Below the pieces are notes generated by a model. The model was not told the DNA's origin, did not search any database, and saw only the letters and a list, made by a program, of their open reading frames with translations. Shown piece after piece: positions 56,326 to 64,000 of a stretch of DNA of 64,000 nucleotides; within the stretch, counting starts at the first letter, position 1; every line of letters starts with the position of its first letter. This DNA comes from Octopus vulgaris (lineage: Eukaryota). The stretch covers positions 67,704,001-67,768,000 of the forward strand of contig OX597826.1 in assembly GCA_951406725.2 (NCBI GenBank). Direction: 5' to 3'. A program made the translations under genes and the position numbers.

Positions 56326-57282
56326 ACGTATGTAAAATTACAATTAGCTAAAGTGAATTTTCGTTTCTCAAAATGGCGGACCGACATTTGGCAGCCATTG
56401 CTTGAACGATGAGCAACACATAGAAGCGTTTCCATCAGTTTATGCTGTGGTCAGCTGGAAAGGAGCAAGGATTCTCTCAAAACGATGGACACTTTACTTT
56501 GCAGTTATAATTTATCCTTAACTCTTCTCTTGCTAACCAGATCCTTAATGCTACAAAACAAAACGTGTAATTTTCGCCACAGGGTACCCCAATATCACTA
56601 TCGAATCAGTGTGCTTGATATAAGGTATAAGATAGTAGGGCGTAATTTGAGGCTAAACTGACTGTTGTTTCTAGTTGCTCGAGTTACTACCACACATAAG
56701 GTTCAGTCGTTGACGCTTTATCTCATGCCTGTGATGCTAACCATATTGAATGGATGCATAATTATAAGATACGTCGCTGTAATTCATAATATACATTTCC
56801 CAGAAGTCTTTCACGTACAGACTGACATTTCTTATTATACATTAAGTTGTTGCTGACGTTATACAGCTCAAGGTCAGCTCTGATCGATCAAGCTGTAATT
56901 GTGTCAATCTTATTCTCATTTATGTTCGTAATGTGTTAGAACAAAGATAAATAAGTTAACGCTTTTCCTTCATTTTACATGACGTGCATATATCTTCAGT
57001 TAAAGGTTCTATTTGCGATAATTCAGATACACAATCAGACAGAAATACTCGAGAACAGCTATTTCAATTTGAATTGCCTCCCAGCAAGTATTCTCAAAGA
57101 AACGGTTTAAGCAAGAAAAGCAGAAGTAGTAGCTGCGCCCTTTCTTTCATTGCACATATACACTCACATAATATAATATAGTAATATAGTAATATATATA
57201 TATATATATAAATATATAAATGCTCTAATATCTATACAGCCTTGGTTTTTTATCTTACGCAAAAACTTCTTATATATATAAT

Positions 57283-57479
57283 CTTTACTCTTTTACTTGT
57301 TTCAGTCATTTGACTGTGGCTATGCTGGAGCACCGCCTTTAGTCGAGCAAATCGACCCAGGGACTTATTCTTTGTAAGCCCAGTACTTATTCTATCGGTG
57401 TCTTTTGTTGAACCGCTAAGTGACGGGAACGTAAACCCACCAGCATCGGTTGTCAAGCTAGGGGGACAAACACAAACAA

Positions 57480-57510
<31 letters not shown>

Positions 57511-57635
57511 CATATATACGACAGGCTTCTTTCAGTTTCCGTCTACCAAATCCACTCACAAGGCATTGGTCGGCCCGGGGCTATAGCAGAAGACACTTGC
57601 CCAAGATGCCACGCAGTGGGACTGAACCCTGAACA
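57283..57635 (-). mobile_element. SINE family A, head truncated
   Basis: Matches 1069-1426 and 6191-6603. Confidence 0.9.
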
Positions 57636-57644
57636 ATATATATA

Positions 57645-57858
57645 TCTTGTTTCGTATACATTCGAAGGTTTTTTTCCAAGAATCTAAAGCCGTTAGCTTA
57701 GTTTTTCCTTGGGGCTGGCCAGATTGGAGCAATCTCAAAATTAGTCAGACGAAATTGCGAGAATGATCCAGTTCTTGACTGAAGATTAAAGGCTTCGAAT
57801 GACCCGTCCGTATTTTTTGTATCGTCTTCTGGATGTTTTGTGTTCTTGTCCCATTTTG

Positions 57859-57862
<4 letters not shown>
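57645..57862 (+). mobile_element. TA-embedded repeat homologous to 231-540
   Basis: Reverse-complement match; contains CTGAAGA...CGAA. Confidence 0.55.
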
Positions 57863-57900
<38 letters not shown>

Positions 57901-58792
57901 GTGGACGCCCCCAGACGATGAAGTAGACTAGCCTAATATAAAGGGAGAAGTTCAGACTTGAACAAAGCAGAATAGTAGAGAAGATTTGAGTAGAAGTCCT
58001 CCGAACGTGCGACATAACATATATACATATGTATATATATATATATATATATAGTACACATACGTACACAAGCACACGCACAGACACACATACATGCACA
58101 GACTCATATATATAATATTATATGTGTTAGTGGGTATGTATATGTATATATACATATGTCATGAGTGACGTATCTAATTATTTATCTAATCCATAAAAGC
58201 TTTTTACGTGTGAAAGAAGTTACCCAAAACTTCGAAAGCTGTATGTCAGCATAAATCCTATCCGGGTGAAATATGATTAAAATATATTATTTTTGCTATT
58301 CGCCTACACAATATCCCTTAGCCGCAACATTCACACGAATGCATGCACTAAAATCTTGGTTCTGTTCAAAGGACACGAAGTAACATGTGATCAGGTTTTA
58401 TCTTTATTCCTTTTTCACCTGTGTTTTAAATGCCAAACTTATTTATAAATGCGTCAGCCAGTATATTTTTTTTAAAACTATAATATGAAAACACTTCTTT
58501 GGGGAAAACGTATGTTTGTAATTGTGTTTTCACACATATAAATACATAAAACAGAAGAATTACGACCCGTGTGTTACAAAGTGAAACTCTTTTTAATTAA
58601 ACGAAAGATATACGACCACATGAAAAGAAACATTTTACTCCTTTACAAACTTTTCTCAGTATTTTACACACACTAACACAAACACACACACATGTGTATG
58701 TATGTATGTGTGTGTGTGTGTGTCTCAACGTGTGCAGGTATGTATGGATGCTAGCTCTTACAGAAACAAGAAAGATTACACTTTTAGAGTAT

Positions 58793-59426
58793 ATTCTTTC
58801 TGCTCTAGACTCAAGGCCCGAAATTTTTTGTTGGGGGTGGGGCCAGTCGATTAGACCGACTCCAGTACTCAACCGGTACTTAATTTATCGATCCTGAAAG
58901 GATCAAAGGCATAGTCGACCTCGGCGGAATTTAAACTCAGAACGTAAAGACAGACGAACTACCGCTCAGCATTTCGACCGGCGTGCTAAGGTTTTTGCTC
59001 GCTCGCCGCCTTCACAGATCAAATATATTCTTTTCTACTCTAGGCACAACTCCTGAAATTTTGGGGGAGGGAGCCAGTCGATTAGATCAAGTCCAGTATG
59101 CAACGGGCACTTAATTTATCGACCCCGAAAAAATCAAATTCCTCGGCGGAATTTGAACTCATAACGTAAAGGCAGACGAAATATCTATTTCCCTATTTCT
59201 TTACTACCAACAAGGGGCTAAACACAGAGAGGACAAACAAGGACAGACAAACGGATTAAGTTGTTTATATCGATCCCAGTGCGTAACTGGTACTTATTTA
59301 ATCGACCCCGAAAGGATGAAAGGCAAAGTCGACCCCGGCGGAATTTGAACTCAGAACGTAGCGGCAGACGAAGTACCGCTAAGCATTTCGCCCAGCGTGC
59401 TAACGTCTCTGTCAACTCGCCGCCTT
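58793..59426 (-). mobile_element. Three tandem SINE family B copies
   Basis: Copies at about 58793-59012, 59027-59182 and 59192-59426. Confidence 0.88.
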
Positions 59427-60079
59427 CCGGTAGAAAGGTAACAACGAAGAGGCGAATCGTAGCAAATTTATCTCGTCTGTAGTGAAATAATGGAAGAGAA
59501 AAATGTCTTTTCGACTGCAGAATGCTAACTGTAAAATAAAAGGTCAGAATATATTATTCTAAATTTATCCATTTGACTTCTGTGAGTTTCTGCTGACGAA
59601 TGACGAAGTACTGCATGCATCATATTCGCTAGGTACACACACATAAGCACAGACACACACACGCATACACATACCTATATTTAGCAATCAGTATATATAT
59701 TCCTTAATCTGGATATACTGACCGAAAGCCAGGGAACCATACTATTCATCTTGTCAAAGCATTTCATAAAGTGCTAAGACGAATAGAATTATCAGTAGCA
59801 AGCAGAGAGTGTCCTGTAACTGCGCTAGAATTGCAACCGATAACGCGCAATGCTTAACCTTTTACAATGCTCTTAAGGATTCTGCTCTTTTTAGCACAAT
59901 ACGTCTATGCGATATATTTTCTTAAAGTGCACTGTACTATTGGGTCTTATTTGCAGTATACCCACATCGAGTAAAATATACAAATAGCTTCAAGGGACTC
60001 ATGAAGCTTCAGTCGTTGATAACTTAAGCAACCCCCACATATACCTACATACACACACTAGCACGCATATATATATATA

Positions 60080-60476
60080 ATTTTATTCTTTTATTTGTTT
60101 CAGTCAGTTCACTGCGGCCATGCTGGAGCACCACCTTTAGTTCGCAAATCTACTCCAGGACTTATTCATTGTAAGCCTAGTACTTATTCTATCGGCCTCT
60201 ATTGCCGAACCGCCAGCATCGGTTCTCAGGGATAAACACAGACACACAGACACACACACACACACACACACACACAAAACATTACACCCACACATATATA
60301 TATATATATATAACACGTGCTTCTTTGAGTTTCCGTCTACCAAATCCACTCACAAGGATTTGGTAGGCCCGAGGTTATAGTAGAATACACTTACCAAGGT
60401 GCCACGCAGTGGGACTGAACCCGGAACAACGTGACTGGTAAGCAAGCCACTTTACACACAGCCACTTCTGCGCCTA
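60080..60476 (-). mobile_element. SINE family A, full length
   Basis: Tail through head (cacagccacttctgcgcc). Confidence 0.9.
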
Positions 60477-60598
60477 TATGTGTACATATATTTAAGTATA
60501 TTTATGCATATATGTGTTTGTGTGTGTGTGTCTATGTGCAGACATCTGCCCACACATACATACCTACACACATACATATATATACACACAACTGTACG

Positions 60599-60648
<50 letters not shown>

Positions 60649-60654
60649 CATATG

Positions 60655-60711
<57 letters not shown>

Positions 60712-61234
60712 CTTCAGGCAGAGTGTTGGATTTTAATTAAAAATAATTTCCTTATCACCAACTCACGTGATAGCCTGCAAGTAACTTTGAGTTGTTCATG
60801 CCGAAGGTAAAATATTGGGAAGGGGGATTTGAGAACAAAAACAAAATAAAAATGTAAAAGAAAAAAACATCCGATATCATTGATTTCCTCTCTCTAGAGA
60901 GTGCGTGTTTTTTTTTTCACGTACAAAAATTTGTGTCTGTTAGACATTTTGATACCACGGTAATCGTAATTCCACTACTCTTCGATGAAGAGTTCCAATA
61001 AATTTGCACCACGTGAACACATGTTACTATAGCAACCACAGATTAGAGTCAGCAGCTAACTCTATGCACCTCTATTGAAATCAAATTTTCAATGATTGTA
61101 ATTTCGATAGCTTTGTGCCAGCGAGAAAAATATTTTCATTAACGCTAATGATTTGTTATTAGGGCTGAATTTCAATTAATTAAAAATTACTTTTGACTCA
61201 CATAATTCAGTTAACCCAACTATATTTCTATTCA

Positions 61235-61448
61235 TTTTTTTTTTTACTTGTTTCCGTCATTTCCCCGCGGCCATAATGGGACACCGGCTATATTCGAACA
61301 AATCGATCCCAGGTGTTATTCTTTGTAAGCCTAGCACTTATTCTATCGGTAATTTTGCCGAACCGCTATGTTACGGGGATGTAAACATGCCTACATCAAT
61401 TGTCAAGTGATAATAGAGGATCAAACATAGAGACGCAAATACATAGAT

Positions 61449-61536
<88 letters not shown>

Positions 61537-61652
61537 GACGGGCTTCTTTCAGTTTCCGCCGAGCAAGTCCACTCACGAAGCCTTGGTCGTCCAAAGGCTA
61601 TAGTGGAAAACACTTGCCCAAGGTACCATGCAGTTGAACTGAACTCAGAACC
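61235..61652 (-). mobile_element. SINE family A
   Basis: ttttgccgaaccgcta...gggcttctttcagtttccg...cacttgcccaagg. Confidence 0.85.
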
Positions 61653-61654
61653 AT

Positions 61655-61717
<63 letters not shown>

Positions 61718-61814
61718 GAGAGTATGAGAGTTAGACTCTGTGCTTGGAATGACCGAATAAATATAAACACCATTGGAACTAACACACAAGGTAGAGGAAA
61801 CTAGCTAGTTTGAT

Positions 61815-62135
61815 AAATCTGAGCACGTAGACAATTTAAAGGCACGCTGTGAAATAAAAATGAGTTAACCTGGTCAAAAAAAGAACCTTCAAAATCTTAT
61901 GAAATGGTTCAGATTGCTTATAGAATAACTTGTATGAGCCGAGCAAATATTTATCGCTGGTACTAAAAATTTTCAAGGACGGCAGAGAAGAAGTGAGAGA
62001 CGATGTGATGTCTGGGAAGAAGGCGGATGTGAGAACATCAAAGCAGGTTGAGAAAATTTGCCATTTACTGGATGATGACCATCGTGTTTCTAAAAGGATA
62101 ATAAATATACAGCCCGAATTGGTGCGATAAATGGA
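61815..62135 (+). mobile_element. Mariner transposase fragment
   Basis: YEMVQIAY..TCMSRANIYRWY/FKDGREEVRDD.MSG...VEKICHLLDDDHRVS. Confidence 0.78.
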
Positions 62136-62175
62136 TAAAAAGGAAAAAATATTGAATTTAAAGGTGAAGTATATA

Positions 62176-62220
<45 letters not shown>

Positions 62221-62234
62221 ATGTGTGTATGTGT

Positions 62235-62274
<40 letters not shown>

Positions 62275-62778
62275 GTAATTTCATACCTATATACAAAATA
62301 AAGGAATTCTCGAACGCAGGATGGCTGTAGAGGCAGCTTGCAAACTGGAAAGCGAGCATTTACACAGGATCAAACACTGTACCTTTCAAATTTCGGCTGA
62401 GCACACCGCACCATTGGGTTGAGAAACACCTGTCAACAAATATCGTCTTTTATAATGCCAAATACTAGCTTTTATCTTGTGAGGGTATTTCGTAAACCAA
62501 TTTAGAAGCGCAGAGAAAATTGATCATTGCATCTCTCAGGTTACGTAACTGATACCACATCTCACAGATTATGGAATTACTTGCACATCTCCCTTAGAAT
62601 TTGGGAGGTATAGGGTTCGAACTCTCTGTAGAGGCCTATTCGCCAATCATATCGTCTTATAAGGTTTACCCGATACTCTAAGCTGTCTTCACAGTCATCC
62701 AGCATTCGAGAATTCCTTTATTTTCTGTAGAATTCCGTCACTCTTGGTAATTCTAAGTATATTTACAAAACATTCTTA

Positions 62779-62830
<52 letters not shown>

Positions 62831-62994
62831 CAGACATACATCTATGTATATATTACGCATAAATATATATCTAATGTAGGATAAAATTTTTTCGAAAAAA
62901 ATTTTATCAATGGCCAGCATATTAAAAAATACCTTTAAAGGTTAAATTTATATAATTCATAAATAAGGGCAAACGAAAAAATTTATAATGCCAA

Positions 62995-63327
62995 ATATGC
63001 CGAAAAATTGGACATATTCTCCATTAACCATATAATTTTTTCACAATATGCACGCTACTCGAAAAAAGGTCGACAGAAATTTCTAAAATATTCCATTATT
63101 ACCATATCGGACCGATTTCAGGGTTAGCTCATAAGAGCCCTCCCTTCGTCAGTGATAAATTTATCACTGACGAAGGAGAGGGCTCTTTTTGAACTAACCG
63201 TGAAAACGGTCCGATATGGTAATAATGGAATATTTTAGAAATTTCTGTCGACCTTTTTTTCGAGTAGCGTGCATATTGTCAAAAATTTAGATGGTTAATG
63301 GAGAATACGTCCAATTTTTCGGCATAT
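62995..63327. repeat. 333-bp spacer-less palindrome with a hammerhead-like motif on each arm
   Basis: atatgccgaaaaattggac ... gtccaatttttcggcatat; centre gataaa|tttatc at 63159/63160. Confidence 0.92.
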
Positions 63328-63378
63328 CAATCATCTATCTTATATCTTATATATGAAGGTAGATTGATTGATAGACTG

Positions 63379-63437
<59 letters not shown>

Positions 63438-63928
63438 TAGATAGATAGATAGATAGATATATAATAGATAGATAGATAGATCAGATAGTTTAACCGATAC
63501 CTTAGTAGATCGACACTATAGAGTTGGATGCATAGAAGTAAAACCATACATATAAATGAATATACACAAATTTATTCCCAAATATACAAATACATACACA
63601 CACATTAAAAATCAAAGATACAGAGAAAATGAGAGATAGCGTGGTAGAAAAAATTATCTGAGGTGTAATGACATTCTAAGAAAAGTCTATAAAAGTCTAT
63701 AAAAAAACATTGTTGAGTGTTTATAAGAAACATTAAATCACTACTTTATAAAAATTTTCCTGTGAGGTTCTATGCACTTGCAAATGTATGACTTCATTTT
63801 TCTGCAATTAGATGTACATGTCTCGCTCCCCCTCTCTCTCTCTCTCCGTCTTCTTTCTTCTTCTCCCTCCTCCCATCCCATGGGCTCTTAGGAGCTCTTT
63901 CTCTCGATTTGTTTTTGCTCCCACTCTC

Positions 63929-63983
<55 letters not shown>

Positions 63984-64000
63984 CCTATCAAAAAGAACAA

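Overview
AT-rich, repeat-saturated eukaryotic genomic DNA. It is most likely coleoid cephalopod (Octopus-like), inferred from my recollection of the SINE families and the very high density of (TA)n/(TATG)n/(AAT)n microsatellites. Almost all of the supplied ORF track is microsatellite translation. Supportable content: about 30 copies of four tRNA-derived SINE families; RTE-clade LINE remnants (one lacking its RT region, one 5'-inverted, with C-terminal C2H2 fingers); Penelope-like RT/GIY-YIG remnants; non-autonomous Helitrons; Tc1, mariner and hAT fragments; an 8-bp-TSD MITE; and a 63-bp minisatellite. Two signals stand out. (1) At least eight short non-coding elements sit in or next to (TA)n tracts and carry type-I hammerhead-ribozyme-like folds, including one with an intact core (47815-47895) and a 333-bp spacer-less palindrome with back-to-back hammerheads. 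(2) A phase-consistent multi-exon gene 3' end lies at 48.1-49.8 kb, with several decayed segments elsewhere that tentatively resemble SEFIR (IL-17 receptor-type) domains. No prokaryotic-type system, CRISPR array, rRNA or true tRNA gene was found. All family assignments come from reading motifs by eye, not from database searches.
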